Source: Thermodesulfobacteriota bacterium (GTDB lineage: Bacteria; Desulfobacterota_D; UBA1144; Nemesobacterales; JAJCZQ01). Taken from it: a DNA stretch of 64,000 nucleotides. The notes under the pieces were generated by a model. That model ran no database searches, was not told the DNA's origin, and worked only from the letters and a program-made list of their open reading frames with translations. The translations under genes were made by a program, and so were the position numbers. Every line of letters starts with the position of its first letter. Within the stretch, counting starts at the first letter, position 1. The stretch covers positions 1,344,001 through 1,408,000 of the forward strand of contig OZ244044.1 in NCBI GenBank assembly GCA_965215275.1, read 5' to 3'. Below are positions 30,051 through 38,680 of this stretch, in pieces.

Positions 30051-30230
30051 AGAAGAAGTTGATAGGTATTTTAATGCACAAGATGTATTATTTACCTTGT
30101 TGGATGATTAATCTGTAAACGTAAAGAAGAAAGATAAAAACCCAAGAAATGATTAAAACGTCGGTACTAAAGTATATACCCAGCAAAAAATATAAGGAAC
30201 GTTATGTAAAATATAAAAAGGTGATTCGGT

Positions 30231-32162
30231 ATGAAAGATAGAGCAGAACCAAAATATAAGATGACCGTTGCGGGTCAGCTATTCAAGCATCTTGGATTGC
30301 AGATGTATTCTGGAGCAGTGCCTGCTATTGTTGAACTTATATCAAACGCCTACGATGCTATGGCAAAAAATGTGTGGATTGAGATTCCCGTCGGTCGGTC
30401 AATTAAGCCGAATGACGTGATAGAAGTGCGCGACGATGGCCACGGAATGAGTTTTGAAGAATGCAATAAATTATATTTGTCAGTTGGCAGGGACAGACGT
30501 TCAGATGAACAAGATTCGACCAGTTTTTACAAAGGCTTACCGGTTCGAAAGGTGCAAGGAAGAAAGGGAATTGGAAAACTTGCGGGATTTGGTATTGCTA
30601 ACGTTATCGAGGTTAAAACTATCAAGAGTGGCAAGGTCGCAAACTTTTCACTTGACTTTGAAGAACTGACTCGCAGTTCAAAATTTGCGGACGAGAACGG
30701 ATATTCTCCCAAAATTCTTTCGTGTGACGGTGGAGAAACAACTGAAGCTCCTGGAACTACTATTAAATTATCCGAATTAAAGATTTCAAAGGCCATAAAT
30801 GAAGATGATTTTAAGAAAAGCATCGCCCGGCGTCTGCTTGTTCTTGACGAGGATTTTACCGTCTCTGTTAATAAAACGGCAATTTCAAGGCAGGAAATTC
30901 CGTTTCAAGTCCGATTCCCGGAAACAAAGGGCGGATGGGAAACTTCCTCGTTAGAAAACGGAAAGGAAGTTCAATGGTGGGCAGGTTTCTGCGAAAAAAC
31001 AATTCCAAACGAAGAACAGCGGGGTTTTGTGGTTTACGTTAGAGGAAAATTAGCACAAACTCCTTGGTTTTTTGATCTAAGTGGTGGTGTTTGGGGACAG
31101 CATGGAATGCAATATCTTACGGGAGAAGTTAAAGCAGATTTTCTAGATGAAGACATAGATTTAATTGCCACGGATAGAGGGTCCGTTCGTTGGGAAGACC
31201 CCGTTGCCGTTTCCTTGAAAAAATGGGGACAGAAAAAAATTAAAGAACTGCTGGAATCTTGGACTGACAAGAGACGAGAGGAAAAAACTAAAAGTCAGAA
31301 AATATCAGCTTATTTGGAAAAAGCTGACAAACTACCAGATAGAGAGAGAAAAATTTTTAAGAAGGTCGTCGACCGAATTTGTGACATTCCTCAAATTGAT
31401 AAAGATAAAGAAGGTAAAGACATTGCAGATGACCTTGTTGAGTTTGTCTATAATGCACTGACTAACCGGAGTTTTCTTGAAACGATAAGAAAATTAAACG
31501 CAACCTCCACGGAAGACATCCAAGAATTAAATAAAGCTCTTTCTGAATGGGATATTTTAGAGTTGGTACATACTGCTAATCTTGTTGTAGGCAGGGTAGA
31601 GGTTATTCGTACATTTAAACAATTGATTAAAAGTAAGGCTAGAGAAAAGCCGGACATGCAAGACTATATTTGTAAATACCCATGGCTAATTGATCCGAAA
31701 TGGACTCTCCTTACACATGAACAACAGCTTGATACTATACTAAAGGAAGAATTTAATATAATGGAAACTAGTGGCGATGCAGGACGACAAAGACCTGATT
31801 TTTTTTGCATGGGCGATGGACTGAACACTGCTTACGTGGTGGAAGTTAAACGACCAGGCACATTAGTAGGGAAAGAGGAATTTAATCAACTCCAAGAGTA
31901 TGTTTTCTTTTTGCGAAGGCAACTTATTGATGAGGCAGATAGTAATAATAGAAGGACGACAGTTAAGGGATTGTTAATTGCGGATAGAATTAAACCAGAT
32001 GAAAAAATGCATGCAAAAGCAGCCCAAGACGCGAATACTTTTAATATCCGCACTTGGAATAATTTACTAACCTCAGCAGAAACGTTACATAAAGAGTTTC
32101 TCAAGGTTATTAAAAAACGGGCCCCTGTTGATGATCCTAGAATTGTCCATCTAGAAGAGTGA
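30231..32162 (+). CDS. GHKL (MORC/Hsp90-like) ATPase fused to PD-(D/E)xK nuclease
   Basis: ELISNAYDA, DDGHGM, GRKGIGKLA, GTTI; C-terminal RPDF..VVEVKRP..QLQEY. Confidence 0.85.
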   Translation: MKDRAEPKYKMTVAGQLFKHLGLQMYSGAVPAIVELISNAYDAMAKNVWIEIPVGRSIKPNDVIEVRDDGHGMSFEECNKLYLSVGRDRRSDEQDSTSFYKGLPVRKVQGRKGIGKLAGFGIANVIEVKTIKSGKVANFSLDFEELTRSSKFADENGYSPKILSCDGGETTEAPGTTIKLSELKISKAINEDDFKKSIARRLLVLDEDFTVSVNKTAISRQEIPFQVRFPETKGGWETSSLENGKEVQWWAGFCEKTIPNEEQRGFVVYVRGKLAQTPWFFDLSGGVWGQHGMQYLTGEVKADFLDEDIDLIATDRGSVRWEDPVAVSLKKWGQKKIKELLESWTDKRREEKTKSQKISAYLEKADKLPDRERKIFKKVVDRICDIPQIDKDKEGKDIADDLVEFVYNALTNRSFLETIRKLNATSTEDIQELNKALSEWDILELVHTANLVVGRVEVIRTFKQLIKSKAREKPDMQDYICKYPWLIDPKWTLLTHEQQLDTILKEEFNIMETSGDAGRQRPDFFCMGDGLNTAYVVEVKRPGTLVGKEEFNQLQEYVFFLRRQLIDEADSNNRRTTVKGLLIADRIKPDEKMHAKAAQDANTFNIRTWNNLLTSAETLHKEFLKVIKKRAPVDDPRIVHLEE

Positions 32163-32183
32163 CCTTCAAGGAGGTGATTTAAG

Positions 32184-33314
32184 TTGCAGCATTCGCGGAT
32201 TAAGTCCACGGACGTAAAAAAACCAATTGCTATAGATCTTTTTGCTGGATGTGGTGGATTGACCCAAGGTATGAGGGATGCTGGTTTCAACGTTGAAGCA
32301 GCAGTGGAAATAGACGCCGAGTCCGCATGTACGTATAGACGTAATCACCGCGAAACTCATTTGATAGAAAAGGACATTAGGGACGTATCGGTTAGGGAAT
32401 TAAACGGTTTGGTGGACAGCCGGCAAATTTCTCTCTTGGCAGGTTGTGCCCCTTGTCAAGGTTTTTCCTCTTTGACAAACAAGTATAATAAAACGGACCC
32501 TCGCAACGGTCTTCTTCTTGTAATGGCTGCACTCATTAAAGATATTCGTCCCCTCTCCGTGATTATGGAAAACGTTCCAGGCATGGACAGGAAAGGTGAG
32601 AAGATTTTAGATCAATTCATTCATTTTATATCAAATCTTGGATATAAATGTTTATGGGACATTGTGCAGATGGCTGATTTTGGAGTTCCGCAGTCTCGTC
32701 GCAGGTTGGTATTGCTTGCCGGTCTTGGATTTGAGATTGCCTTGCCTAAACCAACTCATGCAAAGCGTCCGAAATGTGGGACGAGTCTGCGTCCCTGGGT
32801 TACGGTCAGGAAAGCTATTGGAGGTATGAAAACGCCAATTACGTTAAGGGAAGCTCTGACCAATGGTGATCCACAAGAGTATAATTGGCACGTCGTCCGA
32901 AACGTTCAGCCTCAAGTAAAAAAACGTTTGGATGCTGCTGAACCGGGACAAACATGGCGAGCCATTGACGAGGTGATCCGTCCTAAGTGTCATCAAAATA
33001 ACTACAACGGATTTACGAACACGTACGGAAGAATGTCATGGGATCAGGTTTCTCCGACCATCACCAGTGGATGCACCACGGCGTCCATGGGGAGATTCGG
33101 GCATCCCGATAAATCTAGATACACGATTTCGGTCCGTGAAGCAGCACTGCTTCAAACTTTTCCAGACAACTATAAATTCGCAACTCAAAAAATAGGAACC
33201 GTTTGTAAACTTATTGGCAACGCGGTTCCGCCTCTCTATGCAAAGATAATTGCCGAAAGAGTCTTGGCTACACTTAAAGATGCTTCTTGTCAAAAAGTAA
33301 AAGTGGAGCAATGA
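32184..33314 (+). CDS. dcm: DNA (cytosine-5)-methyltransferase
   Basis: [55 protein letters not shown] before TTG. Confidence 0.95.
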   Translation: MQHSRIKSTDVKKPIAIDLFAGCGGLTQGMRDAGFNVEAAVEIDAESACTYRRNHRETHLIEKDIRDVSVRELNGLVDSRQISLLAGCAPCQGFSSLTNKYNKTDPRNGLLLVMAALIKDIRPLSVIMENVPGMDRKGEKILDQFIHFISNLGYKCLWDIVQMADFGVPQSRRRLVLLAGLGFEIALPKPTHAKRPKCGTSLRPWVTVRKAIGGMKTPITLREALTNGDPQEYNWHVVRNVQPQVKKRLDAAEPGQTWRAIDEVIRPKCHQNNYNGFTNTYGRMSWDQVSPTITSGCTTASMGRFGHPDKSRYTISVREAALLQTFPDNYKFATQKIGTVCKLIGNAVPPLYAKIIAERVLATLKDASCQKVKVEQ

Positions 33315-33763
33315 GTCGGTGGCCTGGGGACGCCCAGCAGGAACGCACGTCTTTTGGAAATTTGACTCGAGGTGAACTCATGTCCCGGGTGCGTAGCACG
33401 GGCAACCAAACTACGGAAAAGAAACTTGCCCGGTTGCTACGCGAGGCGAGATTGAAAGGGTGGCGTCGGCATCAACCACTTCTTGGGCGACCCGATTTTG
33501 TTTGGCGAGACAGGAAAGTTGCCGTTTTTGTTGATGGATGTTTTTGGCACGGTCACACTTGTAGGAACCTCACTCCAAAAAAGAATACGAGAGCGTGGCA
33601 AGATAAGATTTTAAGAAACAAGACTAGGGATAGGCACAATAACCGTGTTCTTCGTCAACAGGGATGGAAAGTGATACGTATTTGGGAATGTCAATTAACT
33701 AAGGTTCCTGATCAATGTCTGAAGCGGATACGGCGCAAACTTGAGGAAACTCAAAAATTTTAA
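33311..33763 (+). CDS. vsr: Very short patch repair endonuclease
   Basis: [39 protein letters not shown] overlaps the methylase stop. Confidence 0.93.
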   Translation: MSRWPGDAQQERTSFGNLTRGELMSRVRSTGNQTTEKKLARLLREARLKGWRRHQPLLGRPDFVWRDRKVAVFVDGCFWHGHTCRNLTPKKNTRAWQDKILRNKTRDRHNNRVLRQQGWKVIRIWECQLTKVPDQCLKRIRRKLEETQKF

Positions 33764-33806
33764 CGGTCAAAATAGATTTCTGTTTCTGGTAAAATATAAA
33801 AGTTAA

Positions 33807-34892
33807 ATGTATAAAACCTTAATTCGCCCTATCCTGGACAAGCTTGATTCCGAACTGTGGCACGGAATTGTTCGGGAACTTTGCCATATTGCAGAGGGAA
33901 CTGATTTTACACTGAAACTGCTTGAACTTGCCTCCTGCAGTGGAGGCAGGTTTACCGACGAGAGGCTTAACGTCAATTTTGCCGGGATAGAGCTTGAGAA
34001 CCCTCTTCTTGTAGGAGCTGGTTGGGACAAGTCAGCCAGAGCAGTAAAGGCACTTAATACGATTGGTTTTGCAGGTGTGGAGATCGGTTCTGTTGTTGAG
34101 CACCGACAGCCGGGAAATCCCAAGCCGAGACAGTTCATGCTCAGCTCAGGGGTCTGTCTTAACTGGCTTGGATTTAACAGCCCGGGCATGAAAAAGGTGG
34201 GATATAACCTGAAAAAGTACAGAGGTTCCAGGATCCCGATCGGTGTCAGTCTCGGTATTAATAAGTTCACTGGGCCAGAAGATGCTCCTAGGGCAAATGC
34301 CGCAGTGGCTGATTACCTGAACGACGATGCATACTATTTTGCAATAAACGTCAGTTCTCCTAATACTCCGGGGCTCAGAAAACTGCAGAACAAGACGCAG
34401 CTGACCGATATAATCCAGGCGGTCAGGGAAGTTACCGATAAACCCATTTTTGTTAAGATCTCACCGGACCTTACAAATCATGCCATAGATGACGTTATAG
34501 ACGTTGTTCTTGACCAAGACATCGCAGGGATCATTGCCACAAATACTACTTCCAATCCCAAGATCAAATCCAAATATGGGAGCAGATGGAAAGACAGTGA
34601 AGGAGGGATAAGCGGAGACGATAGCGATTACAGGATGATCTCAACTATCAAGATCGAGCATATATACGGTCAGGTGGGCAGCAGGTTTGAGATCATTGGC
34701 GTTGGAGGGATAAATGACACACGGTCGGCAATTGAAAAGATAAGTGCGGGAGCGAAGGTCCTGCAGATCGTAACCGGGCTCAGGGGCGAGGGACCCTCAA
34801 TTGCAAATAATATTAACTCTGGTCTCGTGAGATATATGGAAAAGGAAGGTATAAGGAATATATCAGAACTTGTAGGTGCACGTTTTACATAA
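33807..34892 (+). CDS. pyrD: Quinone-dependent dihydroorotate dehydrogenase
   Basis: NPLLVGAGWDK, QPGNPKPR, INVSSPNTPGLR, KISPD, IATNTT. Confidence 0.95.
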   Translation: MYKTLIRPILDKLDSELWHGIVRELCHIAEGTDFTLKLLELASCSGGRFTDERLNVNFAGIELENPLLVGAGWDKSARAVKALNTIGFAGVEIGSVVEHRQPGNPKPRQFMLSSGVCLNWLGFNSPGMKKVGYNLKKYRGSRIPIGVSLGINKFTGPEDAPRANAAVADYLNDDAYYFAINVSSPNTPGLRKLQNKTQLTDIIQAVREVTDKPIFVKISPDLTNHAIDDVIDVVLDQDIAGIIATNTTSNPKIKSKYGSRWKDSEGGISGDDSDYRMISTIKIEHIYGQVGSRFEIIGVGGINDTRSAIEKISAGAKVLQIVTGLRGEGPSIANNINSGLVRYMEKEGIRNISELVGARFT

Positions 34893-34962
34893 ATGTAATT
34901 TTCGTGATAGTATTATTACAAGAGGTTTAAGAGTTAAAAATTTTGGAGTTTGAGGTGAGAAA

Positions 34963-35463
34963 ATGATCTCTGATGATCTTCAATCAGCTATTAATACGCA
35001 AATAAGGAACGAGTATTACTCTTCCTACCTTTATCTTTCCATGTCGGCTTACTGCGAATCGATGAACTTCTCGGGTTTTGCAGGCTGGTTAAGGAAGCAA
35101 AGCGAGGAAGAACTTACACATGCGATGCGCCTGTTTGATTTTTTAACAGACAGGGACGGCAGGGTTGTTTTGGAAGCAATTGACCAGCCTCCTTCCGAAT
35201 TCGGATCATTGCAGGAAATATTCCAGGAAGTTCTTGATCATGAGAAAGAGGTTACTACCATGATCAACAGACTGTATGAACTTGCTTTGTCCGAGAACGA
35301 CCATGCAGCATCGGTGGAGCTTCACTGGTTTATACAGGAACAGGTTGAAGAGGAAAAAAGTGCAAGCGATATCGTTGAGAAGTTAAAACTGGCAGGTAAC
35401 AACAGTGCTGCTCTCCTTATTCTTGATCAGAGTATAAGCGGTGGAGCAGAAGATAGCGCGTAA
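34963..35463 (+). CDS. ftnA: Ferritin
   Basis: E.YSSYLYL, EELTHA, HEKEVT, WFIQEQVEEE. Confidence 0.93.
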   Translation: MISDDLQSAINTQIRNEYYSSYLYLSMSAYCESMNFSGFAGWLRKQSEEELTHAMRLFDFLTDRDGRVVLEAIDQPPSEFGSLQEIFQEVLDHEKEVTTMINRLYELALSENDHAASVELHWFIQEQVEEEKSASDIVEKLKLAGNNSAALLILDQSISGGAEDSA

Positions 35464-35562
35464 CGAACTCGTTCGCTTAAATTGGTATTGTTTTTTATAA
35501 CTGCCTATAATAGTAGCTGTTCAGTATAGTTATAAAGTTAATTATTACGTCAGGAGGCATAA

Positions 35563-35886
35563 ATGTTTTCCGTTACTGAAAAAGCCGTAGGTGAGATAAA
35601 AAAGCTTTTGAGAGAAGACGATATTAAAAATGCTTTTCTCAGGGTAAGGATAGTGCCTGGAGGTTGTTCCGGGTTTTCCTATGAAATGGGATTTGACGAC
35701 CAGACGAATGATCGGGACAGGATCATTGAGGAAGATGGAGTAAAGGTCGCCATTGATGAATTAAGTTACCCTTATTTGGATGGTTCCACTCTGGATTTCA
35801 AAGATGGACTGCAGGGGAAGGGTTTTTCAATAGAGAATCCTAATGCGACCGGTTCATGCGGCTGTGGGGAGTCTTTTACAGTTTGA
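35563..35886 (+). CDS. A-type Fe-S cluster carrier (IscA/ErpA/HesB)
   Basis: GGCSGFSY, NPNA..SCGCGESF. Confidence 0.95.
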   Translation: MFSVTEKAVGEIKKLLREDDIKNAFLRVRIVPGGCSGFSYEMGFDDQTNDRDRIIEEDGVKVAIDELSYPYLDGSTLDFKDGLQGKGFSIENPNATGSCGCGESFTV

Positions 35887-36133
35887 CATATTATATCTTT
35901 GGTTGTTGTACGGTCCCTTCAGTTTTATGAGATCAGAAATTCGTTCCGTTATGGAGTTATCCTGTTCTGTGGTCTGTTTTTAGTTTCTGTTCTTGGATGA
36001 CCATTTAAGTTTATTATACAAGTTCCGCTATTTATTATCCCCTTGTTTACTGCTTGCGATTTCGGTAATTACATCTCAAATAGTGTAGTATTTATATCTG
36101 TGGCAGTTTTCAAAATGATTAATGGAGTAATTA

Positions 36134-37966
36134 ATGCCGAAGAAAAACCATAAAGCCCTTATTGCTCATGAAGAGGCTAAGTCTTACAAAAGGATAAAGT
36201 CAAAACACGTAATCGAAGACCTGTTTACCGACTTTGTACCATGGAACAAACTGCCTTATTTTAAACGCAGCGTCACTGCTCCGAACGGGTCTAAAATAAA
36301 TCTGCAGGACGACCCTGCCGTTATCGTTGGTGTTGGAACGTTAAAAAGCACAGATAAGCAATTTGCGATTATCGCCCAGCAAACGCCTTCGAACGAGGAA
36401 GAAAGGGCAAAATTTAACTATGGCCTTGTAAAGTCCGACGGTTACGGACTTTCGTATAATATGATGGCGTATGCAGAGGAAAACGATATTATGCTTTGCA
36501 CGTTCGTTGATACGGTTGGAGGAGACCCTTATGAATATTCAGCTCAGAACCTTCAGTCATGGCTGATCTCTTACTGCCAGTCAAAGATGATATCACTTAA
36601 GGTCAGGTCCATCTCCGTTGTTCTAGGTCTTGGCGGAAGCGGGGGAGCAATTGCGATACAGCTTGCTCATAAGAGACTGATGATGTCAAGAGCTGAATAT
36701 TCGGTAATTACTGCTGAAGGTTGCTCTGCGATCCTCTTCAGAAGTGCCGACAAGGTGCTTGATGCCCTGCAGGTACTTCAGCCGACGGCAACCCATATGA
36801 AAAAATACGGGATCGTTGATGACATTATCAATGAACCGTCCCTGGACAGGCTTAATTATTTTGAAGTTACTCTGGAAAGGCTCAAAAAATCCTTAATAGA
36901 TTCATATCAGGAACTTGAACACTTTGATTTGAACTATCTGAAGAAGAACTTGCAGGATAAGATAGATTACGTTGGGAGTCTGGAAAAAAACCCCAGAAGT
37001 TACCGGGGTATAGCTAAGCAAATTAAAGCCTCGATACAATCTTATTTTTCCAGAACGACAATCCCTGACATCTCGGAAATGCAAATAGCCCTTTACGGTG
37101 CCGAGCCTTACTTTTGCAACGATGAAAAAGATGGTGAGGGAAAAATAATACGGTACGGGTGCAGAAAACAGTTCAAGCGAGAGGAACTTCAGAATAACTT
37201 CTCGGCATGTCCCGAATGCTATAAACCCGAAACCCTGAATTCCGACGATTATCTCAACTTACTGGTAGACGACGGTACTTTCAAGGAGATAAGAGGAGAT
37301 CTGAAGACCGATGATATTTCCACGAAGTTCAGTTTTTATGACTATTCTTCCTCCAGGGAAAAAGCCTCAAAAAGAACCGATTCCAAGGACTCACTTGTTA
37401 TAGGTTACGGACTCGTTAATAACTATAAAGTGGCAGTGGCGGTCTGTGATTTCAGATTTATGGGTGGATCGATGAGTGCGGTGTTCGGGGAAAAGATGAA
37501 ATTGATCGTTGACCATGCGATACGAACGGGACTTCCTTTAATAACCGTTACTGCAAGTGGTGGAGCGAGGATGCAGGAAGGGACCGTTGCACTTTACCAG
37601 ATGGCAAAAACCATATCAGCTATACTGAAATTAAAGGAAGCCAGCCTTCCCCATATTTCAATACTTGGACATCCCACGACCGGAGGGGCACTTGCCAGCT
37701 ACGCTGTACAGGGTGACTTCATATTGTCTGAGCGAAAAGCCACGATAGCGTTCGCGGGTGACAGGGTTGTCAAGCTCACCAGCGGAGGTAGAGGCGTTGA
37801 TCCGGAGATAATGACCTCGGAGTTTTATACGAAGCACGGTGGAATACACCTTACAACTGAGAGGAACCAGCTTAAGTCCGTAATTGCGGGGATTTTACAG
37901 GTGAAAGGTTTTCAGACCGTTAAAGTGCAGAGTCCGGAAAGAGAGTTTAAAGAAGATTGGTATTGA
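36134..37966 (+). CDS. Acetyl-CoA carboxylase carboxyltransferase, alpha-beta fusion (AccA then AccD)
   Basis: N half GGSGGAIA, YSVITAEGCSAIL; C half Zn finger, DFRFMGGSM, SGGARMQEG, PTTGG. Confidence 0.88.
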   Translation: MPKKNHKALIAHEEAKSYKRIKSKHVIEDLFTDFVPWNKLPYFKRSVTAPNGSKINLQDDPAVIVGVGTLKSTDKQFAIIAQQTPSNEEERAKFNYGLVKSDGYGLSYNMMAYAEENDIMLCTFVDTVGGDPYEYSAQNLQSWLISYCQSKMISLKVRSISVVLGLGGSGGAIAIQLAHKRLMMSRAEYSVITAEGCSAILFRSADKVLDALQVLQPTATHMKKYGIVDDIINEPSLDRLNYFEVTLERLKKSLIDSYQELEHFDLNYLKKNLQDKIDYVGSLEKNPRSYRGIAKQIKASIQSYFSRTTIPDISEMQIALYGAEPYFCNDEKDGEGKIIRYGCRKQFKREELQNNFSACPECYKPETLNSDDYLNLLVDDGTFKEIRGDLKTDDISTKFSFYDYSSSREKASKRTDSKDSLVIGYGLVNNYKVAVAVCDFRFMGGSMSAVFGEKMKLIVDHAIRTGLPLITVTASGGARMQEGTVALYQMAKTISAILKLKEASLPHISILGHPTTGGALASYAVQGDFILSERKATIAFAGDRVVKLTSGGRGVDPEIMTSEFYTKHGGIHLTTERNQLKSVIAGILQVKGFQTVKVQSPEREFKEDWY

Positions 37967-38040
37967 TGTTTAATTGATTTTCTGTGGGTGAACGTAACCT
38001 TTGGTAATACAGTTAAAGTCGTTGTTCCTGTCAACAAATT

Positions 38041-38439
38041 TTACTTCTCATGCAGATCTTCAATTTTTTTGATGGCTTTATTAATAACTTCTTCGTGCCT
38101 CCGTATAGTTTCCTCATGTCTCCGTATGGTTTCTTCATGTCTCCGTTGCATAACCTCTTCATTCCTTCGTATAGCTTCTTCCGTTTGTTTCTGATACCGT
38201 TGAAAATTTGCGTCTGACTTGTCTGAAATTTTTTGAATAAGATCAGCAAAATATCTGCTCATATTTGTCTCCGTAATATTTATTTCACTCTTGATATAAG
38301 TTCTTATAATGAAGAAACTCCCAGCAACAATGGAAGTAGATACAATGATGAACTGCAACGAATGCTCCTTAACAAATTTAATACCACCATCGCTTATTAA
38401 TACCTCCAGAAAAACGATAATTCCTACTATTAAAAACAA
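38041..38439 (-). CDS. Hypothetical two-TM protein with heptad-repeat coiled coil
   Basis: Two hydrophobic segments, then RRNEEVM/QRRHEETI/RRHEETI/RRHEEVI; start uncertain. Confidence 0.6.
   Translation of the reverse strand: MFLIVGIIVFLEVLISDGGIKFVKEHSLQFIIVSTSIVAGSFFIIRTYIKSEINITETNMSRYFADLIQKISDKSDANFQRYQKQTEEAIRRNEEVMQRRHEETIRRHEETIRRHEEVINKAIKKIEDLHEK
38084..38181. repeat. Imperfect ~21-nt tandem repeat
   Basis: Units like GTTTCCTCATGTCTCCGTAT(A/G) encoding RRHEETI on the minus strand. Confidence 0.75.
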
Positions 38440-38680
38440 CGCGAACAGTATATCTACTGCCTTCTCTGGTAAGTTTTGATCATTATTAGAACGTTCGCTG
38501 ATAATTCGTACCTCTCCTCTTTTATGATATCACTTCAATAATTAAGATGTCAAATGTAATAAACAGCGTGTTTTTAACCTTCTCCAGCTGAATCATAGCA
38601 GATAATAGGCATATTTATTATAACCTCTCCTTAATGTATTACCAGTATGTCAGGTTACCCGTGCAAGTCCCTTGCTTTTT

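Noticed and set aside
28847..33763. tRNA-His as integration site for the methylase cassette
   Set aside because: ychF lies between them, and I saw no duplicated tRNA 3' end or integrase
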